From Macrostomum lignano (taxonomy: Eukaryota): a stretch of 64,000 nt of DNA. Under the pieces are notes generated by a model. That model made no database searches. It saw only the letters and a program-made list of their open reading frames with translations, and was not told the origin of the DNA. Position numbers and translations under genes: made by a program. The stretch covers positions 2,294,001 to 2,358,000 of the forward strand of contig NIVC01000001.1 in assembly GCA_002269645.1 (NCBI GenBank), read 5' to 3'. Below, one piece after another: positions 12,666 through 24,431 of this stretch (position 1 is the stretch's first letter; every line of letters begins with the position of its first letter).

Positions 12666-13458
12666 AGTTCGGTCGCAGACTTCAGCTCCGAGCACAGCTG
12701 GCCCACTTAAATTCGCAGTCACGGTGATCGCATTAACTCCCAATCCAGCCATATCGATCGGCAGGATAATGCCATTTGGAAAGCAATGCTATAAACGGAA
12801 TTTCCCCGAAAACAGTTCTGCTGCCAGTTCAGAATAGATATCCGGTCTGGGAAGTGGAGAATAAAAGCCTTCACTCCGTCCGGATGAAGGGGGGGGTGCT
12901 ACTGAGCACAGGGATGGGAAGTCAGATTCTCTCCATGCAGCAGCTCAGAGTCGTTCCAGAGGACGAGGAGGAAATACAAATAATTCCCCCCTCTACTCTT
13001 CCTTTCTCTCTCCCGCTCGCGCGCTCTGCGTCGCGGTCACTCGCTTCGCACACGCAGACTCCAAAGTCCTGCCAATGGCATATAAGCTCGTAAGAGCGTA
13101 TGAGCTCTGGCATGGAGTCCCAGAGCCGGAATCTGGAGTAGCAGCAGCTGCTCCTCACCCCTGTCAGACAGCTGAAGGCTGAGTGCAGTTCTACAGGTTC
13201 CGCAGCACGTGTTCTACAATCTACAGTGCAAAGCTGACTGAAATTCCAGAGTTCACTGGAGGGGGGATTGCTAAGATGACGAGGCTCACTGGAGGAATTG
13301 CTCAGATTCCAATAATGAAAAAGAGGATGTTGATATCTTTGGCTAGAACCATCTAACATCTACATCTAACTTCATCTTTATGAAACCAACAGCAGTGACT
13401 GTACAATGCCTTTTCATATAAAGGTTTTGTGATATCTCATTACCTTATTTGTTGCCTT

Positions 13459-13500
13459 CCCTTAACGGGGGGCAAGATTACTAGTCCTATATACTAAAAA
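13459..13500 (+). mobile_element. Isolated Helitron 3'-end/5'-end junction remnant
   Basis: CCCTTAACGGGGGGCAAGATTACTAG|TCCTATATACTAAAAA is the same junction as in the array at 38955-39000. Confidence 0.7.
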
Positions 13501-13843
13501 TAAAAAACTGCGGCCTACAGTTGTCTGAAATTGCGGGATGGAGGGAGAAGAAGTTGCCACTCCAGACTCCATTTCAATTCCACCCTGGCTCAGCTGAGCT
13601 CCTCAAACCCCATCTCCCCCCCCACCGCCCGCCCCGCCAGCTCCGCCGCTTCACTCTCTGTCTCAGCCTGCGCCTCTCTCTATTCCAGCTGTACAGACAA
13701 AGCCACACAGCTGCCTGTCCCAGCAGCCGGATAAAAGGCGGCAGTCAGTCAGTCTCTCCTTGGCTAAAACATACCCATCTCGATCGATCGATCGGGCCTA
13801 TTCACTGGCAGTGTGGGCCAACGCTAGCAATTAACAGTGGGCT

Positions 13844-15784
13844 ATGCGGCAACGTCTGGCGCAGGCAGTCGCGTCGCTGCTGCTGCTGACGGCGGCAGCG
13901 GCTTCGGCCAGCCGGGTCAACGTCACCGTGGACAACGTGGTGGTCCATCTGCAGAAGCAGGCGGACGGCGGCTTTGGCGAGGCCTACAAATTGGACAAGC
14001 GCGCTCCGCTGGTCATCACGTGCCGGGCGGAGACGTCGCCACCGAAGCCGGGTCAGGCGGCGGTCAGCCTGGCGGAGGCGAGCTTCGACTGGAGGAGGCC
14101 CGGCCGCAACCGCAGCATCAGCGTCAAGGAGAGCCGGGCCAGCATCCACACGGAGTGCAAGGAGGGCGTCAGCTGCATCTCCACGTTGACCTTGCGCAGT
14201 CCAATTAACGAGGACGTAAGCGTCTACGAGTGTCTCGTGACCCCGGTGAGCGCCGACGGCGCCGTCATGGAGACAACTGTGGCTAGCGGCGCTTTCCAGT
14301 CCAGACCCATAATACGCATGCTGGTGAACGGCAACGACAGGTAAGCCTGGATCGTGCTTGCTCATCCTTCATCTGCGTCTGACGCAGAAGTGTACGTGTA
14401 GCTTTCAAGTTGAAATTTTCAATTAGAAACGGAGTGAAACCATCTCGTACTTCATTTAGCGACGGTTCCACGTAGCAGCACCTTTAGTGCAATCATCAAA
14501 AGGACACAACTTGTGACAACTGAAGCGACATCCTAAGAGACATACTCTAAATGACACATTTAATTTATCGACAATCCAAGACCCAGCAAAAAAATTAGCA
14601 AAACATTTAAGTACAATCTAAGCAGCATACTTAGCGACACTCCAAGCGAAATAATTAGCGACACTCTAAGCGACATAATTAGCGACACTCCAAGCGACAT
14701 AATTAGCGATGCACTAAGCGACATACTAGCGACACTCCAAACGACATTATTAGCCACACTCCAAGCGACATAATTAGCGACACTCCAAGCGACATAATTA
14801 GCGACACTCCAAGCGACATAATTAGCGACACTCCAAGCGACATAATTAGCGACACTCCAAGCGACATAATTAGCGACACTCCAAGCGACATAATTAGCGA
14901 CACTCCAAGCGACATAAATAGCCACACCCTAAGCGACATAATTAGCGACACTCCAAGCGACATAATTAGCGACACTCCAAGCGACATAATTAGCGACACT
15001 CTAAGCGACATAATTAGCGACACTCCAAGCGACATAATTACCGACACTCCAAGCGACATAATTAGCGACACTCCAAGCGACATAATTAGCCACACTCCAA
15101 GCGACATAATTAGCGACACTCCAAGCGACATAATTAGCGACACTCCAAGCGACATAATTAGCGACACTCCAAGCGACATAATTAGCGACACTCCAAGCGA
15201 CATAATTAGCGACAAACTAAGCGAAACTCCCAGCGACAAAATTAGCAACACACTAAGCGACGCTCCAAGCTATAAAATTCGCGACACTCCAAGCGACATA
15301 ATTAGCGATACACTAATTAGCGATACAATTAACGACACTTTCAGCGACAATCTCCCACAATCTCCCTCCCAGATTCGACGTGGCCGTTTGGCCCACCGAA
15401 ACGGTGAACATCACCTGCCAGGTGCTGGGCCATCCGCTCGGCGACATTCGCTGGAGCCAGCAGTTCCGGCCGAGCTTTAACCACAGCCGCAATGAGACCC
15501 TGCTGCTGTCCCAGATGGACTACGAACTGGATAGGGGCACCGTGACCTGCGAATCCAGCAACGATTTTGGCGCCAACCAGGCTACCATGTTCCTTCGCGT
15601 CAAGAGCCCGAGGGCCTTCCTGCCTCCCCTGCTGGGCATCGGTGCCGAGCTGGTCACCATGTTGGTCATTATCGTCTCCTACGAGGTCATAACTGGACGA
15701 AAGCGGCGCCAGATGGACGAGCAGGCGGCTGAGGCCACTGACGGGGTTCAAGGTGCCGCTGACGGAGTCAACAATGACCAGTGA
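13844..15784 (+). CDS. BSG: Basigin/neuroplastin (CD147-family) type-I membrane protein, 2 Ig domains, 302 aa; exons 13844-14340 and 15373-15784
   Basis: Signal peptide MRQRLAQAVASLLLLTAAAASA; Ig cores C..W..YEC and C..W..TC; TM AFLPPLLGIGAELVTMLVIIVSYE with the intramembrane Glu characteristic of basigin (ALWPFLGIVAEVLVLVTIIFIYE); phase-2 intron CAG|gtaagc...cctcccag|A joins both ORFs in frame. Confidence 0.8.
14620..15345. repeat. 24-bp minisatellite (GCGACATAATTAGCGACACTCCAA) filling the basigin-like intron
   Basis: Direct reading, about 29 copies. Confidence 0.95.
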
Positions 15785-15901
15785 CTCATCGCTTGGCGGT
15801 TTCAGCTGTCAAGAAATGGCAGCGAGTTGTCAGGAGGGTTAGGAGTAGCGAATGAGTTGCATGCAGTGGGTGTCAGGTGAGGAATTCCTCAGTCTGGATA
15901 G

Positions 15902-16187
15902 GGCAATGAAAATGTCAGGATGGGGGTAATGAAAATGTCAGGATGGGGGCAATGAAAATGTCAGGAAGGGGGCAATGAAAATGTCAGGATGGGGGCAATG
16001 AAAATGTCAGGATGGGGCAATGAAAATGTCAGGACGTATGCAATGAAAATGTCAGGATGGGGGCAATGAAAATGTCAGGATGTATGCAATGAAAATGTCA
16101 GGATGGGGGCAATGAAAATGTCAGGATGGATGCAATGAAAATGTCAGGATGGGGGCAATGAAAATGTCAGGATGGGGGCAATGAAAA
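15902..16187. repeat. 23-bp minisatellite (CAATGAAAATGTCAGGATGGGGG), about 12 copies
   Basis: Direct reading. Confidence 0.93.
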
Positions 16188-16777
16188 TTACAATGTATTG
16201 ACATGCAATGTAAATGTCAGGAGAGGCCATAGCCACTTGCTGACATTTCCATCATCTCACAAGAAAGTTTTGATTAGCTGAAGGGGAGATGAGAACAGAG
16301 TCTATTACTCATTCATACGGACAAAGTACAATCGGCAGTGTAACCTAAATTAATTTTATCTTTGGTTAACTCATTTAATCCACTGTTTTATTTTACACCA
16401 AAGTGAATTTGTGTGAAGCTTCATAGGCTAATTATTATATACAATATTTATTAACTCTTTCTACTGTTATTTATCTAGAAGTTATGTGCAGTCTACCCAT
16501 TGAATGTGTTATATACCGACTACAACTACTACAAGCCACATGCTAAAAACTAATATATAATCTGATACTTCGCATTAGCCCAATATTAATAATTTCCATA
16601 CGACTAAACTTTCAAAGGGCTTCAATTCAATATTCAACATGATCTAAACCCTAACAACTTATTTCTGTAACCGGAAATTGTAGAACACGGACTAATTTTT
16701 TGTTGTGCAACTTCGCAAACAAGAATCAAGTCGGCTCGGTAGCTGGATAGCACAGCACATAGCCACCGAGGCAGTGG

Positions 16778-17420
16778 AGTAGCACACACCCACTTAAGGC
16801 AAGGAGGTGGGGTAGCACACACCCACTTAAGGCAAGGCAGTGGGGTAGCACACACCCACTTAAGGCAAGGAGGTGGGGTAGCACACACCCACTTAAGGCA
16901 AGGAGGTGGGGTAGCACACACCCACTTAAGGCAAGGAGGTGGGGTAGCACACACCCACTTAAGGCAAGGCAGTGGGGTAGCACACACCCACTTAAGGCAA
17001 GGAGGTGGGGTAGCACACACCCACTTAAGGCAAGGAGGTGGGGTAGCACACACCCACTTAAGGCAAGGAGGTGGGGTAGCACACACCCACTTAAGGCAAG
17101 GAGGTGGGGTAGCACACACCCACTTAAGGCAAGGAGGTGGGGTAGCACACACCCACTTAAGGCAAGGAGGTGGGGTAGCACACACCCACTTAAGGCAAGG
17201 AGGTGGGGTAGCACACACCCACTTAAGGCAAGGAGGTGGGGTAGCACACACCCACTTAAGGCAAGGAGGTGGGGTAGCACACACCCACTTAAGGCAAGGA
17301 GGTGGGGTAGCACACACCCACTTAAGGCAAGGCAGTGGGGTAGCACACACCCACTTAAGGCAAGGCAGTGCGGTAGCACACACCCACTTAAGGCAAGGCA
17401 GTGGGGTAGCACACACCCAC
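16778..17420. repeat. 33-bp minisatellite (GTAGCACACACCCACTTAAGGCAAGGAGGTGGG), about 19 copies
   Basis: Direct reading. Confidence 0.95.
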
Positions 17421-17975
17421 CGAAGACCAAGGCGTCATAAAAATGCCGATATAAAATAAATATCAACGATTGCAATACAAAGCAAAGGAAATTTGCAGTT
17501 TGTTTGTTTGTTACTCGTCATTTGTTGCATTGCTTTCGAGTCAATTTATTTTTAATACAACTATAAATCTGTACAATACATAGGCAATATAGCAGGAATA
17601 GCAATAAGTTGAGTAATTTAATAAAAGCATCACTAACGTGACTTAATTAAGTAAAGGACAGATATAGGCATTTGCAATGAACACAAGTATTTTTTGAAAT
17701 TATTCATCTAGACAAATTAGTGAAACTGTTTGCGATACAGACAGACACAGACAGGCAGACAGACGACTGCAAATGAAAAGTGCAAATGGTGTTAAGCGGT
17801 ACAAAAGTTTAATTTTTTTCAAAGGCGCATTGAGTAAGAGAAATAAAAGAATATTTACTTAAGTCGCAATTGCTGTATCATATAAGTATGCTCAACTGTC
17901 GGTATTAGTGGCCTGTGCAAGACCTCAATTAATTTAGTTTGAATTTGAAGCCATTATAAAGTCGAACTTTTAATG

Positions 17976-18648
17976 GGAGATAGGACAGGGTGTCAGGCAG
18001 ATAGGGCAGAGTGTCAGGGAGATATGACAGGTTGTCAGGGAGATAGAACAGAGTGTCAGGGAGATATGACAGGGTGTCAGGGAGATAGGACAGGGTGTCA
18101 GGGATATAGAACAGAGTGTCAGGGAGATAGGACAGGGTGTCAGGGAGATAGGACAGGGTGTCAGGGATATAGAACAGAGTGTCAGGGAGATAGGACAGGG
18201 TGTCAGGGAGATAGGACAGGGTGTCAGGGAGATAGGACAGGGTGTCAGGGAGATATGACAGGTTGTCAGGGAGATAGAACAGAGTGTCAGGGAGATATGA
18301 CAGGGTGTCAGGGAGATAGGACAGGGTGTCAGGGATATAGAACAGAGTGTCAGGGAGATAGGACAGGGTGTCAGGGAGATAGGACAGGGTGTCAGGGAGA
18401 TAGAACAGTGTCAGGGAGATAGGACAGGGTGTCAGGGATATAGAACAGAGTGTCAGGGAGATAGAACAGAGTGTCAGGGAGATAGGACAGGGTGTCAGGG
18501 AGATAGGACAGGGTGTCAGGGAGATAGGACAGGGTGTCAGGGAGATAGGACAGGGTGTCAGGGAGATAGAACAGAGTGTCAGGGAGATAGAACAGAGTGT
18601 CAGGGAGATAGGACAGGGTGTCAGGGAGATAGGACAGAGTGTCAGGAA
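17976..18648. repeat. 21-bp minisatellite (AGGGAGATAGGACAGGGTGTC), about 32 copies
   Basis: Direct reading. Confidence 0.95.
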
Positions 18649-19234
18649 ACAGAGGCAGCAATGTATTAAGTGTAGGTGTTAAAAAAACTAATAAGTCACT
18701 TAATTACACTGAATTCAGGCCATAATAATTGAATTACCTTAGTAATAATTGAGTTTGCGAGACGTTCAGCAGAGAGCAGTAGTATACAAAGCATATGTCA
18801 GAACATTTTAACAACAGCATAAATTAACGACACAAGTCAGAATTCTAGTTTCTACGTTCGTAATAACCAGAATCAATACAGAATTATAACAGAAGTTGCT
18901 GCCCAATGTAAAAAATAGCAATTGATATAAATTACAATATCCATACAGAATTATATTAAATCAAAGCAAAAATTCAGAGTGAATTTGAATGATACGGGAG
19001 TTGCATAATGTTTATAGCCAATATAAGAGTGCAATACTAGGCTCTGATCTCTTAACAACCCAAATTATAAATGGTCTTTAGTGTTTAACATTCACAATTG
19101 CACACTTAAGCCAGGTAATTATCAAGTCTATAATTTATGAAACTGTTCACTTAATTAAATAGATTTGAATGCAATTGTTTGCTTGTGACTCATAAGCTGC
19201 TGATGGATTGATTTGGATTGAAGAGAAAAGTAGA

Positions 19235-20110
19235 GGATGTAGAGATGAGAGATTATAAATCGACAGTAGAAGAGATGAAAGATAAGAAGATGGATAATAG
19301 AAGAGTTTAGGGATGAGATTAGAGATGCACAATAGAAGAGATTAGGGATGAGATTAGAGATGCACAATAGAAGAGATGAGTTTAGAGATTAGAGATGCAC
19401 AATAGAAGAGGTGTGATTAGAGATTAGAGATGCACAATAGAAGAGGTGTGATTAGAGATTAGAGATGAGATTAGAGATTAGAGATGCACAATAGAAGAGA
19501 TGTGATTAGAGATTAGAGATGAGTTTAGAGATTAGAGATGCACAATAGAAGAGATGTGATTAGAGATTAGAGATGAGATTAGAGATTAGAGATGCACAAT
19601 AGAAGAGATGTGATTAGAGATTAGAGATGAGATTAGAGATTAGAGATGCACAATAGAAGAGATTAGGGATGAGATTAGAGATGCACAATAGAAGAGATGA
19701 GTTTAGAGATTAGAGATGCACAATAGAAGAGGTGTGATTAGAGATTAGAGATGCACAATAGAAGAGGTGTGATTAGAGATTAGAGATGAGATTAGAGATT
19801 AGAGATGCACAATAGAAGAGATGTGATTAGAGATTAGAGATGAGTTTAGAGATTAGAGATGCACAATAGAAGAGATGTGATTAGAGATTAGAGATGAGAT
19901 TAGAGATTAGAGATGCACAATAGAAGAGATGTGATTAGAGATTAGAGATGAGATTAGAGATTAGAGATGCACAATAGAAGAGATGTGATTAGAGATTAGA
20001 GATGCACAATAGAAGAGATCATATTAGAGATGAAAAAAGAGATTAGGAATGAGATTAGAGATTGGTAGTAGAGATAAGATTCAAGATTGGGAGTAGAGAT
20101 AAGAGATTAG
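19235..20110. repeat. Composite purine-rich minisatellite built from GATTAGA and GATGCACAATAGAAGA modules with higher-order repetition
   Basis: Direct reading. Confidence 0.9.
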
Positions 20111-20459
20111 AGCTGGATGGACATTAAATAAAAAACAGGATCTTAATTAAAAAACCAGGTGAGTAGCAACATAAAAATACAAAGAAATTCAGCATTCAAT
20201 GCAAATATCGAATGGAACAGGCAATTCACTGCACAACAATATACATGTGCTCTGGTGAATAAACGAGAGAGAAAAGCACACTATTTTCAAAGACCGATAA
20301 GAGAAGGAGACGGGACGAAGAGGAGAATATCAGCTAGAACAAAAGCGACTATCATTAATAAATTAGTTGTTAGCCAAACTACATGCACATGATGGAGTAA
20401 CAAAATCAGGGGAACCTATGGTTGCCATGGGAACGGAAGAGACTGGTGGCGGGGGGGGG

Positions 20460-23400
20460 CTACAGGATGCTAGCTATAGCGGCAGATGCCTCATCGTCTG
20501 CGGGCGCGCCGGGGCCGGAACCGGAAGTCAACGCTGACAAGGAGTCGCCACCGACACTGCCGTCGTCAATGCTGTCGTCGACGACAGGAAATTCCATCTC
20601 GCAGTCCCCATTGGCAGACGCTGCCGCCGCCGTAGCCGACTCGCCGACAGACGATTTCGGACCGACCTCCTCAAACTCGTCGTCATCGTCGTCGTCCGCG
20701 TTATCGACGTCGCCGTCGCAATTGTCACCGGCAACGCCGGCAACAGCGACGCCGCTGGTCTTGGCGTTGTCCCTGCCGCTGCCGACTGCGGAGTCGGCGT
20801 CGCCGATGCCGGGCAGCAGGCGGGCCCGCTTCGGCGAGACTGGCCGGCCGCGGCCCGCGTCGTCGAAAGCCAGCGGAGTGACCTGGCCGGCCGGCTGGGC
20901 CCGCTCCGAGTCCAGCTGCTGGCGGGCGGCTGACACGGACAGCTGGTCGGACAGAAGCTGCAGCTCCGGATCGGCCGAGGACAGCACTCGGGTGCGCAGC
21001 TCCGACATCAAGATGGCCGCCTGAGGTGGGCCGCGTGCAAAGCAAGAAATGTTTTGTTAAAATCTTGACCAACTTACTTGAGTCCTGACCCAGTTTACTT
21101 TGATTCCTGAACCCAGATCTCTTTGAACCCTGACCCAGATCCCTTTGAACCCTGACTCAGTTCCCTTTGATCTTTGACTCAGTTCCCTTTGAACCCTGAC
21201 CCAGTTCCCTTTGATCCCTGACCCAGTTTACTTTGAACCCTGACTCAGTTCCCTTTGATCTCTGACTCAGTTCCCTTTGAACCCTGACCCAGTTCCCTTT
21301 GATCCCTGATCCAGTTCACTTTGAACCCTGACCTAGTTCACTTTGAACCCTGACCTAGTTCATTTTGATCCCTGACTCAGATCCCTTTGATCCCTGACCC
21401 AGTTCAATTTGAACCCTGACCTAGTTCACTTTGAACCCTGACACAGTTCACTTTGAACCCTGACCTAGTTCATTTTGATCCCTAACCCAGTTCACTTTGA
21501 ACCCTGACAGTTCACTTTGAACTCTGACCCAGTTCACTTTGATCCCTGACTCAGTTCTAGTTCACGTGTTATCTTTAAATTATTCAGAGATCGATCTCAC
21601 TGAAAGAATTCCACCAGCTCACCTGCAGGCGTTTAAACCGCGCTTCCATCGCCGACCAGGCATTTTGCGCCAGCGCTGTAAACTCCGACGCAGCTCCGAC
21701 ATCGTCACCGGAGTCCGGCGCAGTTGACGACGGCGGCGCGGTTTCCTCGGTGTCCTGAAACAGATGAAACCTCAGCAGGTTAGCCGTGGCCTCGTCCGCA
21801 GTCCTGAAAGGATCCGGCCTCAAATGGGACAGCAACGTCCGATGCTCCACTTGAATCTGGCGGTGAATTCGACTTGCTCTGAGCTGCGATCGAGTCGGCG
21901 CGGTTGGCGCTGATGGCTGAGGCTGCTGAACAGCTGCAGGCGGCGGCGAAGGCTGGTGCTGGCTGCTTGGCAATTGATTTTGAAGCTGCTGATGCTGCTG
22001 CTGCTGCTGCTGCTGCTGTTGCTGAGGCAACGCCGTGACAACAACAGCAGTTGGCCGGCCGCCGCGTACGATAGGCGTAGCCGTTGATTGGGTTAAAATC
22101 TGCTGCTGAGGGGCGCTGGAGTGCATAGCAGCCACCAACTGCGGCTGGAATGAGCCGGAATGACTCTGCTGAGGCTGCTGCTGCTGCTGGCCAGGCGCCA
22201 AAGCAACAATTCTGGTAGCCATGACTGGCTGCTGTTGCTGCTTAGCCAGCAGTCGCTGCAGCAGCCGCTCGCGGTCGACCACGCCGGCCAGCCGGACCAC
22301 CGCCTCGTCCACCTGGGTCTTCTGTGACGGCGTCAGGCGCAGCTGGTAGCGAGTGCCCTCGACTCGGTACTCCACTAACACCCGCATCTCGCCATACTTC
22401 GGCTCGGCCAGTACAAACGAATCGGCGTCGTCTGCTGAGCCCGACGACGAAGCTGCCGCCGACTGGGTCGATGCCGGAGTTGCAGAATTTGGCTCCGTTG
22501 ATTTCTGCTGCTGCTCGATCACCTGGTGCATTTTGTTGGCCTGCTTGATGACGTCATTCTGCATTTGCCGCAGCTTGCGAAGCTCCTCCTCAATCTGGAA
22601 TGCGAGGGAAACGGAAATGGAAGATAAATTTGAACTGGCGGAGTGACAAGATGAGTGTGACCGAGTGACAAGAGACTCGGAGCCTGATGGAGTAACAAGA
22701 GTGTCTGACGGAGTGACAAGATTGAATTTGGGAACGTGATGGATTGACAAGATTGAGTCTGGGAGCTTGATGGAGTGACAAGATTGAGTCTGGGAGCTTG
22801 ATGGATTGACAAGATTGAGTCTGGGAGCTTGATGGAGTGACAAGATTGAGTCTGGGAGCTTGATGGAGTGACAAGAGTGTCTGACGGAGTGACAAGATTG
22901 AATTTGGAAACGTGATGGAGTGAAAATATTGAGTCTGGGAGCTTGATGGAGTGACAAGATTGAGTCTGGGAGCTTGATGGAGTGACAAGATTAATGTGGG
23001 AGCTTGATGAGGTGACAAGATTGAGTCTGGGAGCTTGATGGAGTGACAAGATGAATATGGGAGCTTGATGGAGTGACAAGATTAATGTGGGAGCTTGATA
23101 GAGTGACAAGATTGAGTCTGGGAGCTTGATGGAGTGACAAGATGAGTCTGCGAGCTTGGTGGAGTGACAAGATTGAGTCTGCGAGCTTGATGGAGTGACA
23201 AGATGAGTCTGCGAGCTTGATGGAGTGACAAGATGAGTCTGCGAGTCTGATGGAGTGACAAGATGAGATTCTGAGAGCTTGATTGAGTGACAAGATAATA
23301 GGCTGGGATACTGGCGAAGTGAGAAGATTAAAGTCTAGCGGAATGACAAGAGTAAATGAGTGGCAAGAAGAAAAAATAACAAACCTGAGGCGTTTTTGCG

Positions 23401-23569
23401 GTGTTTTTCTGCAAAGCGTCAACCTGCAGAGTGAGGTTGTAAAACAGCTTGAACTCCTCCGGCTTCATGCTGATCACCCGGTCCTGCTTAGTTGTGAGCA
23501 CTATACGACCGTTGGATTCGGCCACGTCTTTTACGCCAGGTAGCATTTGTTTTAAGTGGTCCAGAGATG

Positions 23570-23624
<55 letters not shown>

Positions 23625-23920
23625 TTGCAGTTGCTGTTGTAATTGCTGCTGCTGAAGCAGTTGCTGCTGCTGTTGTTGCTGCAGCTGCTGCTGTTGCGGA
23701 GTCATTGGGGCGGCCAGGAAATGCACCTGCTGGCCTCCGCTGGGAGTCTGGCTGATAAAGGCCTGCGTTGGAGCTGACGCGCTCACCTGCGTATGGAGGA
23801 GGCGGAGGTGAAAGGCAAAATAATGAGGAAAAATAGGTAGGTGGAAAAATAAAGCAACACAAAATTATGGGCAGACAAGTTGACAGACAGACAGCCAGAG
23901 ACTAAAAGAGACTGAAAGCC

Positions 23921-23965
<45 letters not shown>

Positions 23966-23980
23966 AACACAGACAGACCT

Positions 23981-24030
<50 letters not shown>

Positions 24031-24114
24031 AACACAGACAGACAGACCTGACAGACAGACAGACAGACAGATAGACAGACAGAAACACAGACAGACAGAC
24101 CCACAGACAGACCT

Positions 24115-24160
<46 letters not shown>

Positions 24161-24265
24161 AACACAGACAGACAGACCCACAGACAGACAGACAGACAGA
24201 CACACAGACAGACAGACAGACACAGACAGACAGACAGACACAGACAGACAGACAGACAGACAGAC

Positions 24266-24310
<45 letters not shown>

Positions 24311-24390
24311 AACACAGACAGACAGACCCACAGACAGACCTGACAGACACACAGACAGACAGACAGACAGACACAGACAGACAGACAGAC

Positions 24391-24431
<41 letters not shown>

